Of a stretch of DNA of 64,000 nt, positions 24,041 to 37,450 are shown one piece after another. Numbering within the stretch: position 1 is the stretch's first letter; each line of letters begins with the position of its first letter. Location of the stretch: contig CM119371.1 in the NCBI GenBank assembly GCA_051294905.1, positions 7,380,001 through 7,444,000 on the forward strand. Reading direction: 5' to 3'. The notes under the pieces are model-generated. The model did no database searches, was not told the origin of the DNA, and was given only the letters and a program-made list of their open reading frames with translations. The position numbers were made by a program, and so were the translations under genes. The stretch is from Botryllus schlosseri. Taxonomy: Eukaryota.

Positions 24041-25901
24041 ATGCACCCAATCTCAGATAGTTATTTTTTAGTGACTATTTCGCGACAACTTACAGACTTT
24101 ACCCCCCTCCGAATTTACTGGAAATCAGAGAGCCATATTTAGTGCATGAATTCTTTGTCCGCTCAGAATGAGCTGGATGTAGGAGTTTGTAGAGTGTAAA
24201 TATATGGTGCGCTGATGTTGAGGAAGATAACATGTTGATAAGAAAATCCATGGGATTCCACTTGATTCAATAACAATGAAATCGTCTACATTGTGGACAG
24301 AATGTTTGGTATATACTTCCACATTGTCACCAATTCTGGACATGTCACAAAATTACACAGAAACTCACCTGTAATCATCAGTCCTGGAAATCTTAATGTC
24401 GGAATCTTGTCTTTTAGCCGGTGACAAAGCCTGAAAGAAAATCTCATAATTACACAGCCGAAAAAATAGACTTGAACAGTAAAATTAAACAGTGGTTCCA
24501 GCAGCCACCTCGAGCTGTATAGAGTACAAAATACTTTCATTTGGTGTAGAAAATATGTTGGTGTCCGCAGAGAAGTGGTTCACTTTGGTTTATCCATTAC
24601 ATCTTTACGACATTACAGAAACGTCACAGTGCATGTTTATACAATTTGGGAAGATTTGGTTGTTCATTAAACTCTGGCCTGTGCCCAATGTCACATCAAC
24701 GGTGCAATCAAGTACAAGTATCTCATAAAAGAGTTTAACCACGATCGCCACTAATGAATATAGAGGCATGCATGGATGCTTGCTTCTCAACGGGATTTCA
24801 AGAACATGCAGCACAGTTGTTAGCCATACCTCGATTGTTCTACTAGCAGTCATGCGTGGTTCAATCACTTCCTGTAAAACGTGTTAGTAGCTTTAGCGTG
24901 GGAGCAGTGTGCAGCTTAAAAGCCTGTATGTTGCGCGAAGCTTGCAGTTTTTCTGAAATGCGCACTCCCTTGACCACGCGTTTAGTGTTTTTGTCATAAG
25001 ACCAACTCTAATTAATACCCTTAATCTCGGCAACATGCTCGGCAAAAACTAAAAGGACGAGTTTACCCCTGAATCCAGTATACAAATATTAAGTGCTCTA
25101 GTCTAAACCTAAACCTTTTTCGGCTTTTGGCATGCACGTTAATAATTTATGGGTGATAGATATGATGAATCATATAGTAATCGCAAGCACTGATTGACTT
25201 GTTTTTAATTGGGGATTTGGGAACGTATCAATTTGAAACACATGCCGTATAATGCGTAATGTGACATTGTCACAGTGACAATGGCAACAAAGAAGGTTTG
25301 AACTAAACTATATGGAAAGAGTAACTTCTTGCAACTTCAATTGCTACTCATACTTTGCCACACTGCCTTTATTTTGAATATGGATAACGCATGCGAGGTG
25401 CGTAGGAAATGTCATCGTGGCATATCAATGAACAGGCTTCCAAGTAAACCAATTTCCTGTTCATTTGATACATCCTACGATTTTGGTCCTTCAAGAACCA
25501 AGTTTTATATATTGAATTCCAAGCAACCTGTTGCGGTCCACACAGAATAGCTTCGCGGGCCGCATCCGGCCCGCACTTTGCCCAGATCCGTTCTATATCA
25601 TTGATGGCAAATAATCGAATCCGAAATTATTGATTTTGTAAATGGATAAATTCAGAATTACTCACTTTTATCTCCTGGACGGAATTGTCAGACATTGATG
25701 CATGTCAGATTCCAACTGATTGATATCGGCTGATTTTGCCATGCAAACTTCTTTTATCACCAAAGCCATTTCCCATCCAACAACCAGACTATTAAACGAT
25801 ACCTATGTTATCCGATATGATGATATTCTGATTGCAATCCACTGTAACAAAATGAAGAGTGGTTATGAAAAGTAAAATCAATTAAACTATACACGGTACA
25901 C

Positions 25902-27068
25902 CAGTGGTTCTCAAACGCCGTTCCGCCAGGTATATAACAACTTTATCAAATATTTTTTAAATTTCATTCATTTTTATTCAATGCGATTTGGCATCACTAA
26001 TAATCTTGATTATTGGGTGCCCTTCCTCAAAAAAATACCCATGACATATTGCAATAGGCATTCTGTTTCAATCATTACCGTGCCACGACGCACCATCCCA
26101 TTTAATGAAGTTTAGGCTAACATAGGACTCTGAAAAGAGTGCCGAAAATTCAGCAGAGAAAACCTTGGCGGAAAAGGATTAGCCTTTGTTGACCGAAAAC
26201 ATCGATATATATATATTGTCCATATGTGCTCAAACGGCTGTCACCGAATCTCACTGTCCTGGCCATCTGTACCTGACAGGACAAATGCCATCCCACAGAG
26301 AATAAAATTGTTTGCCAGCGAGCAAATACCACTTTGGAATCGTGTGCATCTTCTCACCCAGCTCTACCGGAAAATCTGATAATTCTGAGATAATAAAAAA
26401 TTGATATCAATATGTATGCAATTACCAATAGTATTGACCAACTCGGTAATGAATTATAAAATATTTTCGCGCGAAAGCTACATAAACACTCTGCCTACAC
26501 TGAGTAGAATGAATGCGCTCACAAGTACTGGGGAAAATATCCATCAAACTGTGGGGAGGCCGTTTTTCGGGTGTGGGCTGACGAAGTGCTTTTTATGCGC
26601 TGATTTTGTGGATGATCAGGTACAGTATAGCTGTTATCATGCAGGTGTTTTCGTGCCGCATTTTTTATTCGTCGTAGCCAGAGTATCTTACGTTTTGTCG
26701 CAGAGAGCAATCGCCAAGGTGGCACGACAAGGTGCTTAGTTCTATTCCAAAACGCTTCATCTTCATCTCTCGATATTGTCGAAGAGAAGAATATTATTCG
26801 TGTTGGCGTAGTCAGTTAAATTCACGGCCTTCGGCGCGAAAGACTGTAAAAGACTCTCGGCAGTGAACTCAGCAGACTCACTGCCGTATATACGCATGGA
26901 TGCCATCATGAACATGGTTAATTATGATTACAACCCTCAAAATGTCACTCTCTTGCACCAGGTATTTGCAAAAAATGGTTGCACACTTTACATTTTTAAT
27001 CCACCGGTCCGCCAAATATTTTTTGAAATCATACCGGTCCGTGAGGTGAAAAAGGTTGAGAACCACTG
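25902..27068. mobile_element. Charlie-type hAT element
   Basis: TIR CAGTGGTTCTCAA / TTGAGAACCACTG; imperfect TSD ending TACAC; empty site tatatacacc at about 38361. Confidence 0.85.
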
Positions 27069-28241
27069 ATATACACCACGGGTTGCTCAAGACTGACCAT
27101 CGTACCAGAAGATGTGGTATACAACGAGATGCCGACAGTCGCCTCATAAAACATAGGCCTAATCGAAATGGTTAGTTTTGAGTATGAGTAAAAATCAGGA
27201 ATCTAGATCATGGATAGCAAAAAAAATGACTTTTTTATTACGCGCACCCAAATTCATCAAAAACAATAAGAAATAACAAGATGAACAAAAATTTCATCTG
27301 ATTTTATTTCGTACATAATTATCATTTTTTATCCACGACTCTCATAAAATAAGATAGACATATAAACTTGTAACCTAAGCTCATACTGTTGTGAGTATTC
27401 CCTTTTGAAGAGTGAATATCTTGAGCAAATATGTATGCGGCTCAACAAGGAGATAGTGCACACTGATTTGACTTTTTTCATATTGAATCATTGAGTGCTG
27501 CTGGTCTTTTAATACTGAATTATGGGAAGTGTAAAACTTATACTGCCGACAGTAATCAGTAGTTCCTAACTCCTGATATTGGCCATGTAACCCTTGTGCA
27601 ATGAATTTTCCAAGTCATCAAAATCATCGATCATATTTATATTGAGTAGGGAACTACAGTAAATATATGATGGGCTGTATCAACTAAAATTGCCGGCAGA
27701 TTTATACACTTTCGTGCTTCTCATCAAAATTTTTGGTTATTATTGCTATGACATTCATCAAATGGTACAAATCGATCACATGCAAAAATTTGAAAAGCTG
27801 AACCTATAAAGTTTTGCCGCTCTGAAACAAAAAAATACACAATCTTCAAGGCAATTATGATGGATTGAAAATGAAATGAATCGAAAATTGTAATTATTTT
27901 CATTCATGTCTCAGCTGCAGATTTGTACAAACTACTAATCTAGTTGGTTGATGGTAAAGAGTAGTTCCAGCTGCAAATTTTTGAAGCGAGTAGTTCGGCG
28001 TGAATAGTGAAACTGGTGTTCTTGCAGCTATTGCTAGCAAGGAGTCAACGCTACCAACAATGGCGTGGCCAGGGAATGGGTTTTGAGGGTCGAAAACCGT
28101 TCATTTCAAACTCAAAACCCCGTTCTTTTGAAACGCAGATTCTATTTCCAACTCAGTAATTCGCATCATAAGTAGCCTACTGCAGTTGCTTCAGAACTGA
28201 AAATCCAGTAATTTGTACAAGTTTGCTCATGTGAGTGCAAT

Positions 28242-29861
28242 CTATCTCTTCACGAATACGGATTTGTAAATCTCAAAACAGTGATTTATTTTTGGTGTCA
28301 CTATGGTCCATTTGTCTTGTGTTATATCATACTTTTCAATTGTATTAGAGGTTTTTCCTTCTGCTACTGCAAAAACCCACTTGTCATGTTGATAAGCAGA
28401 AACCCAATCATGCCGAGCATTCATAGAAGAAGATGAAGACCATTGAGCTGAAGTAACATCATAACATTCTACGTTGTTGACTTGGAGTCCTCCCCTCCCT
28501 CCACCGATCACAAATATCTTGTGATCAACTGCAACAACACCATTGTCACATACAGGATATCTCATTGGGTTAAGATCAACCCACTCTGACGAGGATGGAG
28601 TGAATCTGCAGAATGAAGAAACTATGGCACCATTTTGTCCTCTACCTCCGATACAATAGATGGAATCATTCAATGATACAAGACTTGCATCAGATATCGC
28701 TATAGGTTTGTCTTCTAGTTGAATCCACTGATTCACGAGGGAAGTAAACATTTCCACATCACTTGTTGCTTTAGGATCGCTTCCTCCAACGACAAATATC
28801 GCTCCCGACAAAAAAACTGCACAAGGATAGTTTCCATGATCACAAATCATATCTTTCATCTTTTCCCACGTTGATTTTTCGCTCTGAAAATTGAGTCGGT
28901 AAACTGATTTCGTCACACATAAAACGTAGATATACGAGTCTAGAGAAATCGCAGAGAAAAGTGGTAAATTCTTAAACTTCTCATCATGGAACTTGTCTAC
29001 TTTTTCCGTTACTGGATTGAAGGATCGGATAAGATCTGTGTCATTATCAAAAAGAATTATCAATTCATCTTTGCCAATTTCTTTGTTTCTTTTTTGTGAT
29101 GCTTTTAAAAGATGTCCATTGATCAACTTGTAAAGTCCTAAGTTGTTACTGATAATTAGGTTAGATTCCAAAAGACGTTCTAAAAATGCCGGAGAGACTT
29201 TATTGAAGTTGATTGCTTCGAGACATTCGTCCAAATGTTCCCGATTTTTGCAATTTTTCTCGACCCAATTGAACAATAACTTTAGTTTTTCTTCTTCACA
29301 TAACTTTGATTTTTCCGACATCACAAATTTGAGGATGATAGTTTTTTCAATGTTCCCAAATTCAGGTTGATTTGATATTTCTATGATATTTTCATGAAAA
29401 AATGCTCTACATCGGGTAACGACGGCATTCAGTCCATACATATCGGCAACATTTTTTGTGGAAAAGTAATTCTCTACATTAACTGATTCCTCCAAGATGT
29501 GAGATACTGCCTGTTTGACATCATCCAACTGCATCATGATTGCGACATGAAGAAGCTCATTCATCTTTTCTTCAGGGATCTCAAATTTGCCCGAATATAT
29601 GAAATCGATGCAGCTTTTCACACACATAGAATCGACCTCTTTCAAAACAACTTTTCCTTCACGACTCTCTTTTGTGTCGTGTTTCAACATAGCTTTAAAA
29701 TAATCACAACCAGCCGACAATACATTTCTGTGAGTGTAATAGACATCATCTCCCACTTGAACTATGAAATCACAATGATCCTTTTCTTGCTTCATTCGAT
29801 ATAATTCTTCCATCATCTTCACTGAATGTTTGTCTACATTTCGACACACAATCTGCACCAT
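28242..29861 (-). CDS. BTB-BACK-Kelch protein, copy K2, 539 aa
   Basis: Colinear paralogue of K1 with the same BTB, BACK and Kelch motifs; open frame from ATG to TAG. Confidence 0.95.
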   Translation of the reverse strand: MVQIVCRNVDKHSVKMMEELYRMKQEKDHCDFIVQVGDDVYYTHRNVLSAGCDYFKAMLKHDTKESREGKVVLKEVDSMCVKSCIDFIYSGKFEIPEEKMNELLHVAIMMQLDDVKQAVSHILEESVNVENYFSTKNVADMYGLNAVVTRCRAFFHENIIEISNQPEFGNIEKTIILKFVMSEKSKLCEEEKLKLLFNWVEKNCKNREHLDECLEAINFNKVSPAFLERLLESNLIISNNLGLYKLINGHLLKASQKRNKEIGKDELIILFDNDTDLIRSFNPVTEKVDKFHDEKFKNLPLFSAISLDSYIYVLCVTKSVYRLNFQSEKSTWEKMKDMICDHGNYPCAVFLSGAIFVVGGSDPKATSDVEMFTSLVNQWIQLEDKPIAISDASLVSLNDSIYCIGGRGQNGAIVSSFCRFTPSSSEWVDLNPMRYPVCDNGVVAVDHKIFVIGGGRGGLQVNNVECYDVTSAQWSSSSSMNARHDWVSAYQHDKWVFAVAEGKTSNTIEKYDITQDKWTIVTPKINHCFEIYKSVFVKR

Positions 29862-31891
29862 GGTTGTCGATCAACTACAGTATATAATTATCCTACGATT
29901 ATTAAAATATAGTCAAGCACTGTTATTGAAGTAAAGATGATTAGTTAACTCAAGTAATGCCTGTTGATTGTTTATAGAATCATAATACGTATATCAACGT
30001 CACGAGTATGAATTGAAGGAAATTCAACTACACACAAGGTGATCACTGAACAGTGAACAGTGCGAAATCAGAGGCATCCCTGCCATAATGCATTTGTGGA
30101 AACTTCTTCCATCGATTTGCTTTACTTTTTATTCGTTGTATTGACACGAAACCAAAGAATTATTGCGGTCGATTACCACCGCCTCGCGTATGATCGAGAT
30201 TATCCGTAATCTAAATTGTATTTTCGAACATCGTAAAATAATTTTTTACTATGATATTTTCCAGGGGCGGCCGCATCTGTTTCACGCTCCAACCGAATAT
30301 CACAAAGATTGGTTGTAAAAGAGCAGCAACACGAAAGATTTCACTCCGTGTTTGGAAACGAAATCAGCGAAGCATGTGACTTGTCAGTGTCATCTGACGG
30401 ATAATTAGTTTTTGCATTTGCACTGAAGCCGTTACCAATGATATATATATATTTATCATTGCGGTTACTGACGGGGTAAACCTTGTGCTATCAGTAACAT
30501 TTATTCAGTTTATTAATAGTTTCATCATTTCAGAACACCACAAGAATGTTAAGTTAAGCAGAGAATATAAAATGCATGCTAGCCCTACAAATGGGTACAA
30601 TCTTTGAAAATATATGCATTTACGATGATGCAGGAGCTATTTAGTGCAGTTTTTACGACTCATAAACGTGTGTCAGATTTATCACAAAACTATTTTCTAC
30701 TTTTCAAAATCCAAAATGTAGAAAGTAGGTAGTTGTAGGCCTAAGCAACAGTTCGAGTAGTAGTGGAAGTAAAATTTCAAAATGTCACAATTAGAGTATG
30801 TAGCGCAAATAAGCAAAACGTACTCAAGTACTGCAAATAGGGACAATCTTCAGCAATATATTCAGTTACGAAAAGTGGCTATTTTACGGCCTTCTTAAGA
30901 CAATTTCACTCACAAAAATGATCCCAATTATCAAAAAACTACTTTCTACTTTCCAAAACCCAATGTGTGAAAAGTAGTTTGCATATAATCTGCTTAAGTA
31001 GTTGCTTTTACTAATGGTACAAAAAGATAGTTACTTCAGTACTCCCCGAACGTAGTAGTACATTATTATAGACCCCCTTTGGCGATATGGCAAAAAGTGG
31101 AGAAGATTATCTGCAGCCGCGTGGACTCTCTCTCACACCGTAAAATCTGCATTCACTGTGTACACTTTGTTTTTCATGCTTGGTTGTTCTAAACCAGGGG
31201 CGGGCAACATACGGCCTGCAGACAGCTTCGGGTCGTACACGATAATGTGGCCGTCGTCTACATTCACTCGCGAGCCACCGTTTTGGACCATGAACATTAG
31301 CCTAACAAGACAAAGCCTCGTTCCAATCAAAATTACTTAACAGAGGGTTTGTACGTCCAACATGCAGCCAGATAGTTCGAAGAACTTTCTCGACCACGGA
31401 TTAACTTCAACAGCTATTGAATTACATCACGTTACTAAATTCATTGACTACGGTTATATTCTCTATGCTTTACGCTCAAGTTGATATTATATACGATTTG
31501 TTCCTTGTATAGGTGGATAAAGACGCGATTGATGTATCGATTCAGCAATCCGGCCCGCCAAGTACTTCATTCTTCCATATCCGGCCCGCCGTAAAGTAGA
31601 CAAGAAACGTGATTCATTTCGCAGGAAATTATGAGAATTTACTCTTATGCAGTTGTAATCAACAGATAGAACGAAGACAGAGAGACATTGAATTTCAATC
31701 TTAACCTGAACACCGTCGTGTCCTCAATTTATTGTAGATATATCTTAAAAACCTGCTATGCCAAAGCCTCAGGTTCCGCAAACAACAACCCAATATTATT
31801 CAGACCACTGAGACGAAGTGAAGATGTCAAACCAGCTGTAGTAACTAAGAGCGAAAGAATCAAAACTTCTGTGCAATCATCTGTACATAGT

Positions 31892-32351
31892 TAGGCTTAC
31901 CATATTTTGGAAATCAAAAAAGAGGACACTTTTTCAGAAATTTACAACTTGCAAAACCGTAGTGAAATTCTCAAATATCGGTTAATTTATCCCACTTTGT
32001 GATCGGTTGACTAAAAAAAAAAAAAAAAAAAAAAAAAAGGTCTTCTTTTCCGCTCAGATCTCAAAATAACGTTTTATACTCCGCATGGCGAGTTGGATGA
32101 CTAAAAAAAAAAAAAAAAAAAAAAGGTCGTGTTTTCGCTCAGAGCTAAAGTAACCGTTTTTCACCCGTTGGAGCTTCACTTCTGTGCTAATATGTGCCAT
32201 ATCACTCGCAATTTATCCTAAATCTGCTCTAAATCCTAAAAAAGAGGACAAAATCTCAAAAAAGAGGACAAAAGGGCGTCCTCCGAGGACACTTTCAAAA
32301 AAGTCAAAAAAGAGGACAAATCCTCTTAAAAGAGGACGTATGGTAAGCCTA
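31892..32351. mobile_element. hAT MITE (TAGGCTTACC family)
   Basis: Perfect TIR and TSD TACATAGT; close relative of 17081-17522 at a different site. Confidence 0.92.
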
Positions 32352-34899
32352 TACATAGTAAGTATAAGAATGTGAAACCTAAATTGCAGTTTCCCTTAGT
32401 CAAGAGAGAGACCGTGTTTCGGCTTCGGCAAAAGTGAGGGTCAACATATCTGCAAAAGTAGTGGTTCTTGTCCTTTTTCGTAGCCATGGCCCAACTTCCA
32501 TTTTGCAAATATGCCATGACCCACCACTCGGCCTCAGTCTCCTTTTAAGTCACTGCAATACGGCAGGTTTAGGCCTAGCAGTTCATATCAAATCATAGTT
32601 CGTTCCCATGAGCACAAGAATGGCAAATGTATGTATCGCAAGCTTGGCTCGTTTCCAACTACACAGTTATTCTGTAGCCTTTACAGGAAAAACGGAAATT
32701 AGAGTGGAACATCTCCCAAATTAGATTTAAATTAGAGGAAAGAAACATTTTACAAATTAGATTAGAGTCAGATTACTGGCATTTCGCTCTAATTAGGCAA
32801 AATCAGACAATTGAAATTATCCAATTGTCCAAGCCTGTCTGGACCGTATCTGCCCTTTTTAGTCAATTGTTTGATTTGGGGATCCGACTTGGATATTTGG
32901 GGCCTGCAGTGCGCTTCGCCCTGTCACTAGATGTCGACAAAGTGAAGGAGGGGCTTTTCGTAATGAGTTCTCCCTCAACAAATTCGAAATTTTGTCGGTG
33001 TCTGATTCCGTCGTCGTGGCAACCAGATAGGGGTCTGGGGTTTGAATTTTACGAATTCTTCATTCGATTGAGCCGCCACATCCTTACTCGCTTTGGAACG
33101 TCGCGCAGGACTGAGCCGGTTCACGTCTTCCTTGATCTTCAAAAATAGAAGGGGGCCAGTCAATACTAACCTTGGAATCCCGGGATTTTTAGGTTCATTT
33201 CTGATAGCGATTCCGGGATCACCTCTATTGAAATCCTGGGATTTAAAAAAGCATCTTCGAGACCTGAGACTGCTTTCACCAACAGTTTTTTTCTGGCAAA
33301 ACCAGGCCTACAATACCTTATTTTATATTTATTCGGAAATTTCTACTTATACTTGTACTTGAGTACAAATTTACGACGCTACTTATCCTTCCATTTGAGT
33401 AGCAACAATGAATACTTTGTTCTTCTCTTGAAACAGCGATGTCGAATCACCTCCAACCCTAACCTTCACCCACCTTTTTACATCGAGATCGACTGACTTT
33501 TCCTGTAGGCATCCGAACCAACGGTGCGTCTTGGGAAACTTTCTGGTGGATCACTCCTGGCTAGTGGGCCGACCTTTTATCAATTGGGCGGTGTGCCGGA
33601 AATCCTTCCCGAGCAAGGGTGACACTGGAATAAAAGGGTGTCCGTTTTTTGGGCAACGCGAAGAAAATTGCGACACTGACTCGATTACTATCATAATTGT
33701 AAATATACAGCGTATGCTAAATTACATCAGTAGAAGTATTAAAAAAATTAGATTACTATTACTGAATTTACGAAAGCTTGCACATTAAATGAAGTTCAGT
33801 TAATATTAAATCGCAGAGTTCCTTCCCGAGAATGGCAAATTGCTGTTTCTTGGCTCGATTCACGCGATACAGTTCGCCTAGATCCTTTTCATGAAAGCCA
33901 GAAAATAGATGCGGTATAAAATTAGAGCATAGAAATATTTCACAAATCAGATAAGAATTACACAACTAGAAATATCTAGTTGTCCAAGTCTGCACAGTGG
34001 AGGTCACTAACAAAGTTCTTCTACTTTTTCCAAGTAATCGAGCAGTTCTTCACTACTGGTAGCACCTACTAGAGTAAGTAAAATGTCCGTTACTTTTACT
34101 TGTAATCTGTCATAATTCGTAACTTAACCACCTTTCACTATTTCCAGTTTGTCAAGCGGAAGTGTTAAGTTCTACCGATAAGAGAGATAGAGTGACCAAG
34201 GCGGAGAAATTCAGGGGCTGCTGTTGCGGAGAGTCAAGACTTTTTGTCGTGCCTTGCACGAATATATGGGGTGAACAATATCTTTCCACTGAAGTCTGGG
34301 TCAATATAATTGATGCTGCAGTTTGTGTGGTTCATGTGAGCAATTTCAGGTCGCCTAGTTGCCCGTATGGTAGTTTCATCACAGTAAATAGGCCAAAAGT
34401 GCAGCAAAACGCTTCGAATTATACGAACTGTCCTGCCGTATTTCAGTCTCTTACCTAATAGGGCAAAACATCAACGTAGGGATTGTAATACGAGAGAGGG
34501 CGCAATAGCGCCACGCCGCCACCTACTCTAAAATAGAGCGCTGGTGTGAAAAAGAAGCCAAGAACCACTGTTCTATCGCAACCGTGTCCTTTTATAGGCT
34601 AATATATGATACACCCGAATCCTGATGCTGGTAAAATATATATCTCCTGGGATGTAGAAACATAAACCTGGGCAGCTCTCTGTACCACACGCATGTGAGT
34701 TTCCAGGTTACGAGAGTGTATTTATGACGGATTTTCAAAACTTATGACATAATTCAGTAGTTTCAAAGACAGAAAATTCCACTTCTACCTGAAATTGGCT
34801 ACTTCTGGGTTGCTTGGAACAGCACTACTACTACTCCTACTGAAGTGAATTTTTCAGCGTTACTTCTACTTGAGCATCCTGCTTGACTACTTTCACACC

Positions 34900-35173
34900 T
34901 CGTTTATTTTGAGGTATTCATGGTGTTTGTCGACTACTATAGTCATTTGCACCAGGCCGATATTCTTCATGTTTATTCTGAAACTACCAACTTATAGCTC
35001 GGCCCAATTCTGGTTTTTTCAAGACACCGCTTACGCAGATGAGATGGAGAGGAGCAAACCTACATAAACCTGCAGCACTTGGGTAGGAATTCTGAAGTCG
35101 ACCTCGGTTGGACTTGAACCCGCAACCCATCAGTGTTGCAGCCACGGAATATAACACTACGCTATCTCGCCAC
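34900..35173 (-). mobile_element. tRNA-derived SINE family 1
   Basis: Minus-strand B-box GGTTCAAGTCC; 11-bp TSD ACTTTCACACC (34889-34899, 35174-35184); empty site at about 23435. Confidence 0.85.
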
Positions 35174-36094
35174 ACTTTCACACCATCTGATCATGCATGC
35201 GGAATAAGGTTGTTCAGAAATTACTTTTTATTCGAATCCCGAGGATACAGTGATTATATTGTTACGTTGCTTAAAAACGCTCCACACCAATTTGGCTCGA
35301 TTCCAACCAGTAAAAGCCGACCTAGAACCAAATCGAATTTTGGTCAACGCCATGAAATTGTCAAGTTGCCTTAAAGAACAATGCATAACAATTTTTGGTC
35401 AATTCAAACTGGTAGAAGCGAAGTTACTGCAGTTTAAAGTTTTGGATTTGCAAAAATAGCATCGATGGTGGGTAAGCCCTAATGCCAGAATTAATGAAAA
35501 ACTCAATTAACGTCTCTGTTACGGGTTGGAATTGCGTCAAATTTGTTTTGCAGCGTTTTCGTAGATAACTTAACAATCTCATGAGGTTTACAGCAAAAAA
35601 AAAATCAATTTTTTCTAATAAATAACAAATTTCAATGAACTCTGCGTCGGCTTTTACTGGTCTGAATTGAGCCAAATTGAGCGTGCAGCGTTTTCTTGGA
35701 TAACCTAACATTTTAATCAGTGAATCCCTGGGATACGGAAAAAAAGTTATTTTTGAAAAACGCTGATGCATGCAATCACAGATAGTTAATTTTTGTGGCT
35801 ATTTCGCGACAACTAAAAGACTTTACCCTCTCTGAATTTACTGGAAATCGGTGAGGCATATTTATTGCGTGATTTCTTTGTCATCTCGGAATGAGTAAGT
35901 GCTAGATGTAGGAGTCTGTAGGGTGTAAATATGTGGTGCGCTGATGTTAAGGAAGTAACATGTTGATATGAATATCCATGGCATTACACTCGATTCATTT
36001 AAGACTGACATTGTCTACATAGCGGACAGAATGATTGCTATATATTTCTACATTGTCACCAATTCTGGATATGTTACAAAATTACACAGAAACT

Positions 36095-36640
36095 CACCTG
36101 TTGCCATCATGATTCCTGGAAATCTTGATGTTGATATCTTCTCTTTTGGCGGGTGACAAAGCCTGAAAGAAAATCTCATAATTACACAACCGCAAAAATA
36201 GACTTGAACAGTAAAAATAAACAGTGGTTCCATCAGCCACCTCGAACTGCATAGAGAACAAAAATATCGGAAAATACTTTCATTTAGTGTAGCAAACATG
36301 TTGGTGTCCACAGGGAAGTGGTTCACTTTGGTTTATTCATTCCTTCGTTACGGTATTACAGAGACGTCACAGTGCTAGGTTTATACAATTTAGGAGGATT
36401 TGGTTGTTCAATAAACTCTGACCGGTGCCCAATGTCACATCAAAGATGTAATCAAGTACAGGTATCTCATAAGAGTTTAACCACGATTGCCTCTAATAAA
36501 CATACAGGCATGCATGGAGGCTTGTTTCTCAACGGGATATCAAGAACATGCAGCACAGTTATTAGCCATACCTCAATTGTTTTACTAGCAGTCACGCCTG
36601 GTTCAATCACTTCCTGTGAAACGGGTTAGTAGCTTCAGCG
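36095..36640 (-). pseudogene. Putative decayed exon of an unidentified co-duplicated gene (representative copy)
   Basis: The same minus frames are open in several paralogues (IEVW..HVLEIP..DVTLGTGQS; VQVYFxGxVIMxFxxRxC) and end at a conserved AG|GTGAGT donor; stops and frameshifts occur in all copies. Confidence 0.4.
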
Positions 36641-36991
36641 TGGGAGCAAATGGGAAACTGATAACCTCCGGATATGAGCTGGTAGTTGCAATGCGAATAG
36701 AATGTCGATGTACTTATTAAATGTGGCTTGAAAATATAGCCAGATAAAACTCACCTTGAATAACAATTGGAAAACTTGCTTGATACATGCAACTTGCTTG
36801 ACTATGATCGGAAGAAAGTCCTTGCCTGTGATGATAAAGAAAGGATACATCGGGTTAGAAACGATTCATTTGAACTTTACAGTCCCCCAATGTGTTGAGG
36901 CCTGTTGTTACAGATAGAAAAAAGATCGTCACTAGTGGTTGACTTGAGTATTTTGGCGCCGTAATAATTTAATCATTTCAAAATTCCATAG

Positions 36992-37450
36992 CAGGGGTGG
37001 GCAATTATTTTCCTCCGTGGGCCAAATGAGAAGTAGAAAAATCGTTGGCGGGCCGAGTGAAGAATTTTAGCTATATTCTCCAGCGTATTTTAATTTTATT
37101 TCTAAATTGCATTGTTAGTAAATGCTGCTCGGTGAATGTGTTGGTAATGAGAAATTGACGGTTAATTAAAAAAATATCCATTTGTCGTCATAGTTGGCAA
37201 CAATCTTAAACATGATACATAATTAACTCTCATTAAACCCCTATCCACGTTCTGCTATTAAAACTCTAGAACAGTGGTTCTCCCCTGGCCACGTCAATGC
37301 GGTGAACATCAGTTCTATTGGAACGTTGCTTTGTCTTGCTAATGTTTATGATCGAAAATGTTTGCGCCTAATTGCCTTAAGACGGCGACGCGGGCCACAT
37401 CATCACATAAGACCGTAAACTGTCGGCGGGCCGTATGTTGCCCTCCCCTG
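36992..37450. mobile_element. hAT MITE without matching TSD, at a duplication breakpoint
   Basis: Termini CAGGGGTGGGCAA / TTGCCCTCCCCTG; flanks TTCCATAG and GATTACAG differ. Confidence 0.75.

Larger units (their letters stand above)
16696..30310. repeat. Segmental duplication unit 2 (type B) containing K2
   Basis: Colinear with 31095-41659, 42780-51065 and 60490-64000. Boundaries approximate. Confidence 0.8.

Noticed and set aside
32013..32124. Long poly(A) runs as retroposon tails
   Set aside because: They sit at internal A-tracts of the TAGGCTTACC MITE that are shorter in the sister copy at about 17202 and 17273, consistent with slippage or homopolymer error.
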